Numbered from the stretch's first letter, positions 40,197-50,982 are shown. The stretch: 64,000 bases of DNA from Candidatus Cloacimonadales bacterium (GCA_963674825.1 OY771587.1:608001-672000), one strand, 5' to 3'. Notes: a model not told the origin generated them from the sequence alone. A program made the numbers and translations.

Positions 40197-42531
40197 AGAT
40201 CAAGAAATGTTGCAATCGTTTGTTATCGAAGCAACGGAGATGCTTGACGAAGTCGAACCATATTTGATCAATTTGCAGGAAGCGATCCATTCCAAAGGCA
40301 GACTGGACAGCGAAATCCTGAACTCCATTTTCCGACTTTTCCACACCATAAAAGGAACCTCGGGCTTTTTTAATCTCCATAACATGCAGGGTATTACCCA
40401 CGAAGCAGAAACACTACTCGACCTCTATCGAAAAGAAAAATTGGACCTTAACAACCAGCAGGCAGAGCTGTTCTTTAAAACAATCGACCTCCTGCGGAAA
40501 ATGCTTTCGACTGTGGAAGTATCATTTCACGATAATGGTTTCGAACCCGAAGCAGAGGAGCTTGTCGGCCTGTTTAACACCGCCAGTTCTGGTGGATTAA
40601 AGGAAGAGCCAGTGAAACAACCACCTGCCGCTCCCAAGGATACCAGCGAACCCAAAGAGTCCAGCAAGAGAACGATCTCGATCGACATCAAAGACGAGCT
40701 GCTGGAGCCGTTTATCCAGGAAGCGATCGAAATCCTCGACGAAGCCGAGCAGAACCTCATGCAGCTCGAAGAAAATCCCGACGACGATGATCTGCTGCAG
40801 AAAATTTTCAGAGGTATCCATACATTCAAGGGCAATTGCGGTATATTCGGTATGGATGACCTTGAACGTCTGAGTCATCGCACTGAAACAGTACTTGATT
40901 TTATGCGTAACGGAGCGCGTAAAGATTTCGGCGCTAACATCCGCATGATCCTCAAACTCATCAGTGTTTTCCAGGATACTATCATGCGTGTTCAGCAGGG
41001 TGACGAGGGTCATATTCAGGGACTTGACGGCATGCTGTTCCTGCTCGACGATACCATCATGGAGCTTCAGGAAGAGGTACCGGAACGCTCACTGCAACCT
41101 CAGAAGAAGAAAGCGACCATGCAACCCGAACCTGAACCTGAAATCGAGCCAGAGCCAGAGCCAGAGCCAGAGCCTGAACCGGAACCAGAACCGGAACCCG
41201 AACCTGCTCCGAAACCACAGCCAAAGCCTGTCGAAAGAAAACCAGAACCCAAACCAGTACCCGCCCCAAAACCGCAGCCGAAGCAGACAAAAGAAAACGC
41301 TATCGAGAATATTGCATCTTCTGCTGGCGGCAGGAAAGCTGTTGATCCGATGAAGTCGTCCGTCACACAGCAATCGATCCGTATCGATACCGAGAAAGTC
41401 GATAAACTCGTCGATTGGGTCGGTGAACTCTCGATCGCGGAGCTGATGGTAACACAAAATCCGGTGTTACGTCATTTGGAGAAAAAATACCTTCGCATCT
41501 TCGATCAATCCGCGCTCAACCTACGGCGTATCATTACCGAAATTCAAAGTCTTTCTCTATCACTGCGCATGCTTCCCATCGCAGGTACATTTAAAAAAAT
41601 GCTCCGCTTGGTCCACGACCTTTCCCATAAAGCAGGCAAGCGTATTCGCCTGCACATCGTGGGTGAAGAGACTGAAGTGGATAAAAGCGTCATCGACTTG
41701 ATTGGTGATCCATTGGTTCATATAATCCGCAATTCGATCGACCATGGTATCGAAGATCCCGAAGGCCGCAAGAAGGCTGGAAAGGAAGAGATGGGAACCA
41801 TTATCCTCGAAGCACGCCATGAAAGTGGTGAAGTGTGGATTGTAGTTCAGGATGACGGACGTGGTCTCAACCGCGAGAAAATCCTGAGTAAAGCTATCGA
41901 GAAAGGGCTTGTGCAGGAAGAAGCCGCTGATGAGATGACCGATCAGGAAGTTTACAAGCTAATCTTCCAACCCGGGTTCTCTACTGCGGATCAGGTAACC
42001 GAGATTTCCGGACGCGGTGTGGGCATGGACGTAGTTAAGAAGAACCTCGAGAAGATCAAGGGACGTATCGATGTGGATTCAACGCCCGGCAAGGGGACAA
42101 CAATTCTGCTCCGAATCCCGCTGACAATGGCACTGATCGAAGGTATGCAAGTGATGGTCGGTAAAAAGCGATACATCATCCCGCTCCTGTCGATCCGTGA
42201 GTTCTTCCAGCCAATTAAAGACGACATCACCATGATGCCTGACGGAGAAGAAGTTGTAAACCTGCGCGGCGAGCTGATCTCCATTGTGCGTCTGCACAAA
42301 CGGTATCAAATCGATTCCAAGTACGATAAGATCGAGGACGGAGTCCTGATCGTCATCAACTTCCACGGTAAATCGCTCTGCCTGTTTGTCGATAGCATTA
42401 TCGGACAGATGCAGGCGGTTATCAAAGCGATCCCGAACTACTTCGGACAAACCGAAGGCATCTCGGGATTCACGATCCTGGGCGACGGCACAGTCTGCCC
42501 CATTCTCGATCTGGCATCGTTGATATCATAA
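40186..42531 (+). CDS. cheA: Chemotaxis histidine kinase CheA with two Hpt domains
   Basis: IFRLFHTIKG and IFRGIHTFKG, (EP)n/(KP)n linker, SIRID, HIIRNSIDHGIE, SGRGVGMDVV, CheW-like P5. Confidence 0.95.
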   Translation: MRNEDQEMLQSFVIEATEMLDEVEPYLINLQEAIHSKGRLDSEILNSIFRLFHTIKGTSGFFNLHNMQGITHEAETLLDLYRKEKLDLNNQQAELFFKTIDLLRKMLSTVEVSFHDNGFEPEAEELVGLFNTASSGGLKEEPVKQPPAAPKDTSEPKESSKRTISIDIKDELLEPFIQEAIEILDEAEQNLMQLEENPDDDDLLQKIFRGIHTFKGNCGIFGMDDLERLSHRTETVLDFMRNGARKDFGANIRMILKLISVFQDTIMRVQQGDEGHIQGLDGMLFLLDDTIMELQEEVPERSLQPQKKKATMQPEPEPEIEPEPEPEPEPEPEPEPEPEPAPKPQPKPVERKPEPKPVPAPKPQPKQTKENAIENIASSAGGRKAVDPMKSSVTQQSIRIDTEKVDKLVDWVGELSIAELMVTQNPVLRHLEKKYLRIFDQSALNLRRIITEIQSLSLSLRMLPIAGTFKKMLRLVHDLSHKAGKRIRLHIVGEETEVDKSVIDLIGDPLVHIIRNSIDHGIEDPEGRKKAGKEEMGTIILEARHESGEVWIVVQDDGRGLNREKILSKAIEKGLVQEEAADEMTDQEVYKLIFQPGFSTADQVTEISGRGVGMDVVKKNLEKIKGRIDVDSTPGKGTTILLRIPLTMALIEGMQVMVGKKRYIIPLLSIREFFQPIKDDITMMPDGEEVVNLRGELISIVRLHKRYQIDSKYDKIEDGVLIVINFHGKSLCLFVDSIIGQMQAVIKAIPNYFGQTEGISGFTILGDGTVCPILDLASLIS
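41125..41205 (+). repeat. Coding hexamer repeat encoding (Glu-Pro)n
   Basis: GAGCCA x4 at 41146 within a GARCCN tract. Confidence 0.85.
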
Positions 42532-42559
42532 TAAATTCAGTTTGGTCAAGGAGGTCTTC

Positions 42560-43075
42560 ATGAGAGAAGACGAGATTATGAACGAAGAACTGATGGATGA
42601 ACAAATCCAGCGAAACCGTTATCTGACATTCCATATGGGTAAAGAAGACTATGGTATCCCAATCTATAACGTCATGGAAATCATCGGAGGCATGCAGCCG
42701 ATTACGGAAATCCCGGAACGGGCCGATTACGAGAAGGGTGTAATTAACCTTCGCGGTAAAATCGTTCCCGTCATCGATGTCCGGTTACGCTTTAGCCTGC
42801 CTGCACGTGAGTACACAGACCGTACTTGTATTATCGTCACAAGTATCGATGACATCGTCACCGGCTTGATCGTCGACGAGGTATCCGAAGTAATGGATAT
42901 CCCCGAAGAATCGATCGATCCACCGCCGACAAGTATGTCCGATGCGAAAAGCCAGTTCATCAAAGGAATGGGGATCATTGGCAAAAAAGTCAAAATCATC
43001 CTCGACGTCGAAAGAATAGTCAACTCTGGAGGCAGAAAGTACACGCAAGACGTTATTCAAGAAGTTGATGAATAA
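42560..43075 (+). CDS. cheW: Chemotaxis adaptor CheW
   Basis: YLTF..YGIPI, GVINLRGKIVPVID, GLIVDEV; SD AGGAGG before ATG 42560. Confidence 0.95.
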   Translation: MREDEIMNEELMDEQIQRNRYLTFHMGKEDYGIPIYNVMEIIGGMQPITEIPERADYEKGVINLRGKIVPVIDVRLRFSLPAREYTDRTCIIVTSIDDIVTGLIVDEVSEVMDIPEESIDPPPTSMSDAKSQFIKGMGIIGKKVKIILDVERIVNSGGRKYTQDVIQEVDE

Positions 43076-43120
43076 TAGACTGAACTAGAAAAAATCTCAT
43101 AATACTCAGGAGGTACTATC

Positions 43121-43597
43121 ATGCGTAAAATCGCAACCACACTCATGCTCATGGTGTTAATTGCCGGGTTATTCTCCATGACATTGGAAGAAAAAAGAGA
43201 AACAGCAAAGAATCTTGTTGAGAAGGGAGCAAAATTCCTTCAGGAAAACGGACGTGACAAGGCCTTTACAGCCTTCTCAGACAAAAACGGGGAATTCGTT
43301 TTTGATGAGTTCTATATTTTCATAGAAGATTATCAGGGCATCATGGTCCTTCATCCGATCTCACCTAAAATGAATGGACAGAAGGTTCTCGACGTCCAGG
43401 ATCCAGACGGCGTATACCTTTTCCGAGAAATGATCAAGAACACCGCGAAAGATCCCTATCATGGATGGGTCAATTATAAATGGCTTGATCCGGTTAGTGG
43501 AACCGTTCAGCCGAAAGAGACATATGTAATGCAGGTAAAGGGCACGGACGAAAAAGGCGACTACCTGCTGATTCTCGGTACCGGATTCTACAAATAG
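43121..43597 (+). CDS. Stand-alone secreted single-Cache domain protein
   Basis: Signal peptide; YIFIED..VLHP..G...[13 protein letters not shown]...GWVNYKW..P...KETYV...GTGFY; SD AGGAGG. Confidence 0.85.
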   Translation: MRKIATTLMLMVLIAGLFSMTLEEKRETAKNLVEKGAKFLQENGRDKAFTAFSDKNGEFVFDEFYIFIEDYQGIMVLHPISPKMNGQKVLDVQDPDGVYLFREMIKNTAKDPYHGWVNYKWLDPVSGTVQPKETYVMQVKGTDEKGDYLLILGTGFYK

Positions 43598-43634
43598 GTG
43601 TGTAATTAAAATCAGTAAGCATAAGGGGTTAGGA

Positions 43635-46349
43635 ATGAAACTTCAGTACAAAACGTTCCTCTTCGTTGGAGGAGCCCTTCTGGCACTGATACTCGTCCTC
43701 TTTTTCGTTGGATTGAATCAGATCAATACGATCACGTACGACCTCAATTACGAGGTCATGACGTCAGAGCTAAACGATTTGATCGAAACGATCGAATCGA
43801 GTTATAAGGTTCTGGAGGATACCGGGTTAACGGAAATTGCGGGATATGTACAGTCAGCACAGAACGAAGTGCTTTCGGAACTCAAAGAATACAAGTTCCG
43901 TGAAACGGGGTATGTCTATATAACGGACATGAGTAAAAATATCGTATATCATCCGGTTCTGAAACCAGGTGAAAGCCTCGACTATGACTTCACTGACGAA
44001 ATGATACGACAGAAAGAAGGCTTCCTTAAATATCACTACCAGGGAGCTACCAAGTACGCACGTTTCAATACATTCGAACCCTGGGGCTGGCTGGTCGTCA
44101 TTGGAATCTCTCAAGATGAGCTTTTCGCCCAGAAATACCACTACGTGAAACTCGTATTGCTTATATCGTTCGGTATTCTGGTGCTCAGCCTCATCGCCTT
44201 CTTCTTTATCATCAAACTCATCGTTCTCAAACCGATCAACCAGGTCGTTGAAATGACGACTAATATCAGTAACGATATTTCGATGGGTAATCTCAACACA
44301 CGCGGCTCGCCGCACGACGTGTCAGTTGACTTCAGAGAGATCATCAATCAAATCAACAATTTGATTGAGTCTTTCGTCAAACCAATCAAAGTAATGGTCG
44401 AGTATATCGAAGGAATTTCGACAGGTATCATCCCAGAAAAACTGAACGAGGAATACCACGGCGATTTCAACAAGGTCAAACAGAACCTTAACAATGCTAT
44501 TGACGTCATGAATGGACTAATTGGCAGCACCGCTGAAATTAATGACGCGTGCACCAAAGGTCGCTTCACACATCGTCAGGATTCCTCAAAATATGGCAAC
44601 AGTTGGAAGGATGTTATCCAGGGGCTTAATTCCATCATGAACACGGTCGAGAATATCATGGATTCCATTCCATTCCCGATTGCTATCATGGATATGGATA
44701 AAAAGACCAGTTTCATCAATGATGAGATGGAGAACTTGAGCAGCTTAAAGCGTAAGGATGTCATAGGCGTATCCAATGCCAAGATCGATTCACCGCTGGC
44801 TCAAGCTGCCATTAAATTCTTCGAGTCCGTCCCACGGGGCGAGACACGTCAATACTTCGAATTCAAACAATATCGAGTACAGGCCGATGCCGATTTCATC
44901 AAAGATGAGAAAGGCAATAATCTTGCGCTTATCGAAGTTCTCCAGGATATCACTGAAGCTGAAAATATCAAAAAAGCAATTGAGGAAAAGGCTGCCTTCA
45001 CGCAAGTTGAGATTGATCGACTCGCCAACAACCTCCAAAATATTGCAGCCGGTGACCTGGATATCGACATCAATATCGCAAAAGCCGATGAAAATACACA
45101 AGACGTACGCGACAACTTCATGAAGATTGCCAACAACCTGGAACGTATGGTCGCCACGATCAACGAACTGGTCGATGGCGTTGGCGATTATGCCGAAGCT
45201 ATCAAGGACGGTGAAGTTGAGCGTGTTAACTTCGATCTGATGAAATACTCCGGCTCGTACCGTGAGATATTCAACGGTTTGAATCAGGCTGCTACGGCAA
45301 CCAACGAACCGCTTCAGGAACTGCTCGATGTCATGCAGAAAATGGCTGGCGGTGACCTGACCGTTTCGATCAATGGAGACTACGCTGGTGGATTCATGGC
45401 GCTTAAAAACGCTGTGAACAAATCGATCGAATCCATCCACGAGATCCTCGAACAGGTCAATACGGCGATCGACCAGGTAGCATCCGGATCGAAGCAAGTT
45501 TCCGACGCAAGTACGTCCCTGTCTCAGGGCGCAACCGAGCAGGCTTCCTCTTTGGAAGAAATATCTGCATCGCTGCATGAGGTAGGCTCGCAGACGCGTC
45601 TGAACGCCGATAACGCCAACCAAGCAAACAATCTCTCCATCGATTCGCAGAAAGCTGCCAAGGCCGGTAACGAACACATGCAGAACCTGATGGAAGCAAT
45701 GAACGCCATCAATGAATCAAGCAACAACATCAAAAAGATCATCAAGACCATCGACGAAATCGCGTTCCAGACCAACATCCTCTCGCTGAACGCTGCCGTG
45801 GAAGCGGCTCGTGCCGGCAAGCACGGTAAGGGATTCGCGGTCGTGGCGGAAGAAGTGCGCAACCTGGCAGCTCGAAGCGCTGAAGCAGCGCAGGAAACTT
45901 CCGAGATGATCGAAGATTCAATCAAGAAGATTGACAACGGTACTCAGATCGCTAATCGTACCGCCGATTCGCTCAACGAGATCGTATCTGGAGCAACCAA
46001 GACCACCGATATCGTGGGTGAGATCGCCGCAGCCTCGAATGAACAGGCCAAGGCGGTCGAGCAGGTCAATATCGGTCTGCGTCAGATCGAGCAGGTTACC
46101 CAACAGAATACCTCAACCGCGGAAGAAAGCGCTTCTGCATCCGAGGAGCTCAGCGGTCAATCCGAACAGTTGCGTCAGATGATCAGCCAGTTCAAGCTCA
46201 GAAATGTCCAGGGATCATTTGGTGGCGGAAAGGTATCCGACCGCCGACAGAATCAGAAAATGCTGCCTGGTAGCAGCAGAAAGATCAAAGAATATTCGCC
46301 GAACGACATCATCTCACTCGATGATGGAGACTTCGGCAAGTACGTCTGA
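43635..46349 (+). CDS. Methyl-accepting chemotaxis protein (Cache, HAMPs, PAS-like, Tsr-length signalling domain)
   Basis: 2 TMs; [37 protein letters not shown]; tail ..[10 protein letters not shown]. Confidence 0.95.
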   Translation: MKLQYKTFLFVGGALLALILVLFFVGLNQINTITYDLNYEVMTSELNDLIETIESSYKVLEDTGLTEIAGYVQSAQNEVLSELKEYKFRETGYVYITDMSKNIVYHPVLKPGESLDYDFTDEMIRQKEGFLKYHYQGATKYARFNTFEPWGWLVVIGISQDELFAQKYHYVKLVLLISFGILVLSLIAFFFIIKLIVLKPINQVVEMTTNISNDISMGNLNTRGSPHDVSVDFREIINQINNLIESFVKPIKVMVEYIEGISTGIIPEKLNEEYHGDFNKVKQNLNNAIDVMNGLIGSTAEINDACTKGRFTHRQDSSKYGNSWKDVIQGLNSIMNTVENIMDSIPFPIAIMDMDKKTSFINDEMENLSSLKRKDVIGVSNAKIDSPLAQAAIKFFESVPRGETRQYFEFKQYRVQADADFIKDEKGNNLALIEVLQDITEAENIKKAIEEKAAFTQVEIDRLANNLQNIAAGDLDIDINIAKADENTQDVRDNFMKIANNLERMVATINELVDGVGDYAEAIKDGEVERVNFDLMKYSGSYREIFNGLNQAATATNEPLQELLDVMQKMAGGDLTVSINGDYAGGFMALKNAVNKSIESIHEILEQVNTAIDQVASGSKQVSDASTSLSQGATEQASSLEEISASLHEVGSQTRLNADNANQANNLSIDSQKAAKAGNEHMQNLMEAMNAINESSNNIKKIIKTIDEIAFQTNILSLNAAVEAARAGKHGKGFAVVAEEVRNLAARSAEAAQETSEMIEDSIKKIDNGTQIANRTADSLNEIVSGATKTTDIVGEIAAASNEQAKAVEQVNIGLRQIEQVTQQNTSTAEESASASEELSGQSEQLRQMISQFKLRNVQGSFGGGKVSDRRQNQKMLPGSSRKIKEYSPNDIISLDDGDFGKYV

Positions 46350-46356
46350 TAAACTC

Positions 46357-46390
46357 TTGGGAAGCGGGTATTCACATACTCGCTTCCCAA
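46357..46390. other. Intergenic hairpin between MCP and cheR (stabiliser or weak terminator)
   Basis: TTGGGAAGCG-GGTAT-TCAC-ATACT-CGCTTCCCAA; no U-tract on the + strand. Confidence 0.55.
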
Positions 46391-46415
46391 TAAAACATAA
46401 TGGATTGAAAGCACT

Positions 46416-47249
46416 ATGGGATTCCTGGTAGAAATCACCGATCGAGAATTCGAGAAGATGCAAAGGCTGATATACGATCAGTTTGGCATCAAGCTGACAG
46501 AGCAGAAAAAGACGCTTCTGGTTTCCAGAATGCAAAAGCTGTTTCGCACACGAGGAATCAATTCCTTCTCCGAATACTACGATTACATTGTTAATGATAA
46601 ATCGAAAGCGGCTCTGACAGAACTGGTTAACTATATATCGACCAATCACACGTTCTTCTATCGTGAACACGACCATTTCGACTTCTTTTCCCAATACGCA
46701 CTGCCGGAATTCATTCACAAATTGCAGGCAAGGCGATCAAAAGACTTGCGTATCTGGAGCGCAGGGTGCTCCAGCGGCGAAGAGCCGTATCTACTGGTGA
46801 TGCTCATGATGGAAGCGCTTGGCAGCGAATACCATAACTGGGATGCAGGCATCCTCGCGACGGACATCTCCATGAAAGTCCTTGAAATCGCAAAACGAGG
46901 CATATACGAAAAGGAACGACTCGACCTTCTACCCGATAAATACAAGAAAAAGTACTTTATCAAGCTCGATGAGAATCGCTATGAAGTAAAACCTGAAGTC
47001 AGAAAGGAAGTAACATTCGGTAAGTTCAATCTCATGAACGATACCTATCCCTTTAAAAAACCGTTCCAGATGATCTTCTGCCGCAACGTGATGATCTACT
47101 TCGACGAAGTGACCCGTGAAAAGGTTGTCAATCGCTTCTGCAACGTGCTGGAAGTAGATGGCTATTTCTTCATCGGTCATTCGGAAACGATCAGACGTTT
47201 CAATCAGTTTGACTATATCAAACCAGCGCTATACCGAAGGAAGTATTAA
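46416..47249 (+). CDS. cheR: Chemotaxis methyltransferase CheR
   Basis: STNHTFFYRE, RIWSAGCSSGEEPY, ILATDIS, IFCRNVMIYF, IGHSE. Confidence 0.95.
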   Translation: MGFLVEITDREFEKMQRLIYDQFGIKLTEQKKTLLVSRMQKLFRTRGINSFSEYYDYIVNDKSKAALTELVNYISTNHTFFYREHDHFDFFSQYALPEFIHKLQARRSKDLRIWSAGCSSGEEPYLLVMLMMEALGSEYHNWDAGILATDISMKVLEIAKRGIYEKERLDLLPDKYKKKYFIKLDENRYEVKPEVRKEVTFGKFNLMNDTYPFKKPFQMIFCRNVMIYFDEVTREKVVNRFCNVLEVDGYFFIGHSETIRRFNQFDYIKPALYRRKY

Positions 47250-47252
47250 TTC

Positions 47253-48311
47253 ATGGGAGCACCACCCTATAAACTGCTGATCATCGATGACTCGGCGCTT
47301 GTACGCAACATCCTTGCCAAGGGACTTGCCCAAGATCCCGACATTAATGTTGTCGGAACAGCAAACGATCCCTACGATGCGAGGGATAAGATCATCCAGT
47401 ATAAGCCTGATGTGCTTACCCTGGATGTTGAAATGCCGAGAATGGATGGCGTTGAATTCTTACGCAGACTCCTGCCTCAGTATCCGATACCCGTCGTGAT
47501 GGTCAGTGCACTCACCGAACGCGGCAAGGCAATTACTCTCGACGCACTCGACGCAGGTGCGATTGACTTCGTCACAAAGCCATCTTATGGCGTAGCCAGC
47601 GGATTGAACAACATGCTCAACGAGTTGGCTGAGAAAGTCAAAATGGCGGCTAAGATCGACGTTTCGCACTTGAAGAAACATATTCACACGAAAAAGCCAA
47701 CGCCAATCACACCGACAGCATTGGCCGTTTCAACCGATAAAGTCATCGCTATCGGCGCATCGACAGGTGGCACCGAAGCGATTCGCTCAATTATCACGCG
47801 CTTTCCGCGAAACATCAGTGGTGTGATTATCGTACAGCATATGCCTGCCGGATTCACCAGCATGTTCTCCAAGCGACTGAATGAAATCTCACAGGTCGAG
47901 GTCAAAGAAGCGCAGAGTGGCGACCGCGTGATGAACGGACGTGTCCTCATAGCTCCTGGCGACCATCACATGGAGTTGGTACGATCAGGTGGTCTCTATA
48001 AGGTCGTCTGCCGTGAGCAGGGTGATAAAGTTTGTGGCCATAAACCGTCCGTAGAAGTTCTGTTCCGTTCGGTGGCGAAACACGCCGGTGCAAACGCACT
48101 CGGAGTGATGCTGACAGGAATGGGACACGATGGCGCCGACGGCATGGTTGTGATGCGTGAAGCAGGCGCGAGAACCATGGCGCAAGATGAAGAATCATGC
48201 GTTGTGTTCGGTATGCCCAAAGAAGCATACGTTCGCGGTGGCGCTGAGCGATTAGTTCCGCTTGACGATATGCCGCGGGAAATTATCAGGGTTCTTTCCT
48301 CAATGAAGTAA
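47253..48311 (+). CDS. cheB: Chemotaxis methylesterase CheB (REC + esterase)
   Basis: TLDVEMP; GASTGG, VQHM, HKPSV, LTGMGHDG. Confidence 0.95.
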   Translation: MGAPPYKLLIIDDSALVRNILAKGLAQDPDINVVGTANDPYDARDKIIQYKPDVLTLDVEMPRMDGVEFLRRLLPQYPIPVVMVSALTERGKAITLDALDAGAIDFVTKPSYGVASGLNNMLNELAEKVKMAAKIDVSHLKKHIHTKKPTPITPTALAVSTDKVIAIGASTGGTEAIRSIITRFPRNISGVIIVQHMPAGFTSMFSKRLNEISQVEVKEAQSGDRVMNGRVLIAPGDHHMELVRSGGLYKVVCREQGDKVCGHKPSVEVLFRSVAKHAGANALGVMLTGMGHDGADGMVVMREAGARTMAQDEESCVVFGMPKEAYVRGGAERLVPLDDMPREIIRVLSSMK

Positions 48312-48327
48312 ACGAAAGGACAGTCCG

Positions 48328-49569
48328 ATGATGGGGTTATCTGGTGACAATGTAGAGGGTTCGCACATCCTGATTGTGGATGATGAAGCGCATAACACTC
48401 TGCTTCTGAAGACGATCCTGAAGAAGGAGAACTACCGGTGCTCGATCGCTTCGAACGCGGAAGAGACCTTTATGTCGATCAGCCAGGATGCGCCGGATAT
48501 GATCCTTCTGGATATCATGATGCCGGATGTTGACGGATTCGAAGTCTGTCAACGTCTCAAGAAAGACCCCGACACCAGCCATATCCCGGTGATCTTCGTC
48601 TCGGTCAGTAATGAAGCCGAGCAGGTAATCAAAGGATTCGAGATCGGCGCGGTGGATTACATCACCAAGCCCTTCCACCCCAAGGAAGTTCTTGCACGCG
48701 TCAAGACCCATCTACAGCTCAAACATTCTCGCGATATTATCGATCAGTACAATCGCCAGCTTGAAGTCATGCTCGCTCGCCGAACAGAAGACCTGATCAG
48801 AACAGAACGCCAGGCCGCGTTCGGTCAGATGATCCAGGGTATCGTTCACAATTTGCGTTCACCGCTTTCGGTAATGTCCATGGGCGTTGAGTTCCTGGAG
48901 ATGATCACCGAGAAGATCTACAAGATTCTCAAGGAAACACCCTACAACATCCAGCCGGTATTCAAGCAACTCGATGAGGGTCACGAAACGCTGGACGGTA
49001 TCGGGCAATCACTCAGCAAAATGAACCAGATCGTAAGTCAGCTGATGTCTAAAAGCCGTAGCGATCAGGCGGAAAAGATCGAACTGATCGACCTGAACAC
49101 CATCCTCAAACGCGAAATGGAGTTCTTCAAAGCGGACAAGTTCTTCAATTCAGCAATTCAGTCGATCGATTTCAGCAATCAGTCGCTCTGGATCAAAGCA
49201 ATCCCCGCCGAGATTTCGCAGGTTATCGGCAATCTAATCAGGAATGCGCTCGATGCACTTCATGGACTCAACGGTCCCATGCTATGGATTGAATCCGGAT
49301 GGTCGATGGAAAAAGTGTGGGTCAGCGTTAAGGATAACGGTCCCGGAATTCCAGAGAAGAACATGGAGCATATCTTCGACCCCTTCTTCACAACAAAGCC
49401 TCCTGCAAGCGAGCAGAAAGATAATGAGCCAGTAGGTACAGGCCTTGGATTGTATTACTGCAAGAAAACCGTTGAGGTGTATGGTGGAAATGTCGTCGTA
49501 GAAACGTCAGCCGACACGGGTACTAAATTCACCATCGAACTGCCATATTACAAAACGGAACTCAATTAG
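48328..49569 (+). CDS. REC-histidine kinase hybrid
   Basis: IVDDE/LLDIMMP/ITKP; VHNLRSPL, NLIRNALDA, DNGPGI, GTGLGL. Confidence 0.9.
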   Translation: MMGLSGDNVEGSHILIVDDEAHNTLLLKTILKKENYRCSIASNAEETFMSISQDAPDMILLDIMMPDVDGFEVCQRLKKDPDTSHIPVIFVSVSNEAEQVIKGFEIGAVDYITKPFHPKEVLARVKTHLQLKHSRDIIDQYNRQLEVMLARRTEDLIRTERQAAFGQMIQGIVHNLRSPLSVMSMGVEFLEMITEKIYKILKETPYNIQPVFKQLDEGHETLDGIGQSLSKMNQIVSQLMSKSRSDQAEKIELIDLNTILKREMEFFKADKFFNSAIQSIDFSNQSLWIKAIPAEISQVIGNLIRNALDALHGLNGPMLWIESGWSMEKVWVSVKDNGPGIPEKNMEHIFDPFFTTKPPASEQKDNEPVGTGLGLYYCKKTVEVYGGNVVVETSADTGTKFTIELPYYKTELN

Positions 49570-49600
49570 ATATAATCGTAAGAAACACGATAGAATTCAA

Positions 49601-50692
49601 TTAGGCCTTATCGCGCATCTCCATGATGCGATGCAAGCGTTCGTTTTCCTCTCTCAATGTTTTCAATTCACTCTCATAGTACGTCTTCGTTCGTTCGAGC
49701 TCGCTTTTTTCCATCTCGTTCATAACATCAACAAACAGAAGGTGATAAGCTTGAAACGCTGACAATGCTTTTCGGTGATTGTCCATTTCACGATGTACCT
49801 TGGCCAGAAGCTTCATCCCTCTGCATTCAGCGGCTTTGTGCTTGAGTTCGTGAGCTTTCGTGACGGCTATGATAACGGTAGCCAGAGCTTGCTCGATCTC
49901 GCCCATATCCATTTCGTTTTCCGCTTTATTGAGGGCAGTACCCGCCATCAGCATCGGCATGTTCAGTTTCGAGATAATACCAAGCGCTTTATCATAATAA
50001 TGCGCTGCTTCACTGTACTTTTTCTCGGAGTTGTTCCAGAGCCCAAGATTGTTCATCATATTCACATACAGACGCGGATTTGTCGAGTTGTCCTGAATAA
50101 TCTCCGATGCCCGGATGAAGAAGGCATAGCCAAGTTGCTTGTTCTCAAGGTTCTGTATTTTCCGGATCAGCTCCTCAAGTGATTGATCAAGCTCTGTACC
50201 AGAATCGAGAACTTCTTTGAGTTCATCGATCGCTGGAATATCTTCCATCTCAAGCTTCAATTTACCACAATGCCAGAATACTCCGCCAATGTTACAGAGC
50301 GATACTGCGATTTGCTCCAGGTTATTATTTCTCACAACATATGCGAGGGATTTGACGTAGTAGTTCAAACACTGCGCGAAATCGTCCATTCTGAAATGAA
50401 CCATCCCGAGTGTATTGTAAATGGAAGGTACAAGTCGTGGATCGTCGTTACTCTTCATTAGCTCAAGAGCATTATCTGCATGGAGTTTGGCTTGTCCTAT
50501 ATCACTCGCATAGAAATACGCGACAGCCAGGATATTGTTTGCTTCGGCCATCAGTTTCGAGGATCCGATTACCTCAGCCTTCCTCAAGGCACGAAGCGCA
50601 TAACTCCTGCTGTTTTCGAACGATTGCTCCCAATTCGCGCGAGCAAGCTCAAAAAGCTGATAAATCTCTTTCTCTTCCATGCTATTCTTCAT
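49601..50692 (-). CDS. Tetratricopeptide-repeat protein (start uncertain)
   Basis: YNTLGMVHF, LCNIGGVF, MNNLGLW..EAAHYYDKAL repeats; coiled-coil C-terminus. Confidence 0.75.
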   Translation of the reverse strand: MKNSMEEKEIYQLFELARANWEQSFENSRSYALRALRKAEVIGSSKLMAEANNILAVAYFYASDIGQAKLHADNALELMKSNDDPRLVPSIYNTLGMVHFRMDDFAQCLNYYVKSLAYVVRNNNLEQIAVSLCNIGGVFWHCGKLKLEMEDIPAIDELKEVLDSGTELDQSLEELIRKIQNLENKQLGYAFFIRASEIIQDNSTNPRLYVNMMNNLGLWNNSEKKYSEAAHYYDKALGIISKLNMPMLMAGTALNKAENEMDMGEIEQALATVIIAVTKAHELKHKAAECRGMKLLAKVHREMDNHRKALSAFQAYHLLFVDVMNEMEKSELERTKTYYESELKTLREENERLHRIMEMRDKA

Positions 50693-50895
50693 GTTACCAT
50701 CCAAACTCGTGAAAGATGATCGTACTTTATTATGGAAAGCTGTCAAACTAATTCCACTCGACGCATTATCAATTCGATGCAATATTGCTCCGAATGCTAA
50801 TTATTGCAGCTTTTTAAGAATAACCAACTTTTTCCCATATCACAATTGCCAGAAATGTATCAGCGAGGGTGCTTGATAAAATCATCCCTTTTTGC

Positions 50896-50953
50896 TTGAC
50901 GAAATAAAAATGCGCAACTAAATTGATTCTATACGATTATGATAATCAGAGAA
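50896..50953 (+). promoter_or_regulatory. Sigma70-type promoter with downstream Fur/PerR-like box
   Basis: TTGACG-N17-TAAATT (50896-50924); GATTATGATAATCA at 50935 resembles part of GATAATGATAATCATTATC. Confidence 0.45.
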
Positions 50954-50982
50954 TCTGAAATCAACGACATCTTGGAGGATAA

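Noticed and set aside
41100..41366. Minus-strand ORF with a (GS)n repeat
   Set aside because: Antisense reading of the CheA (EP)n linker
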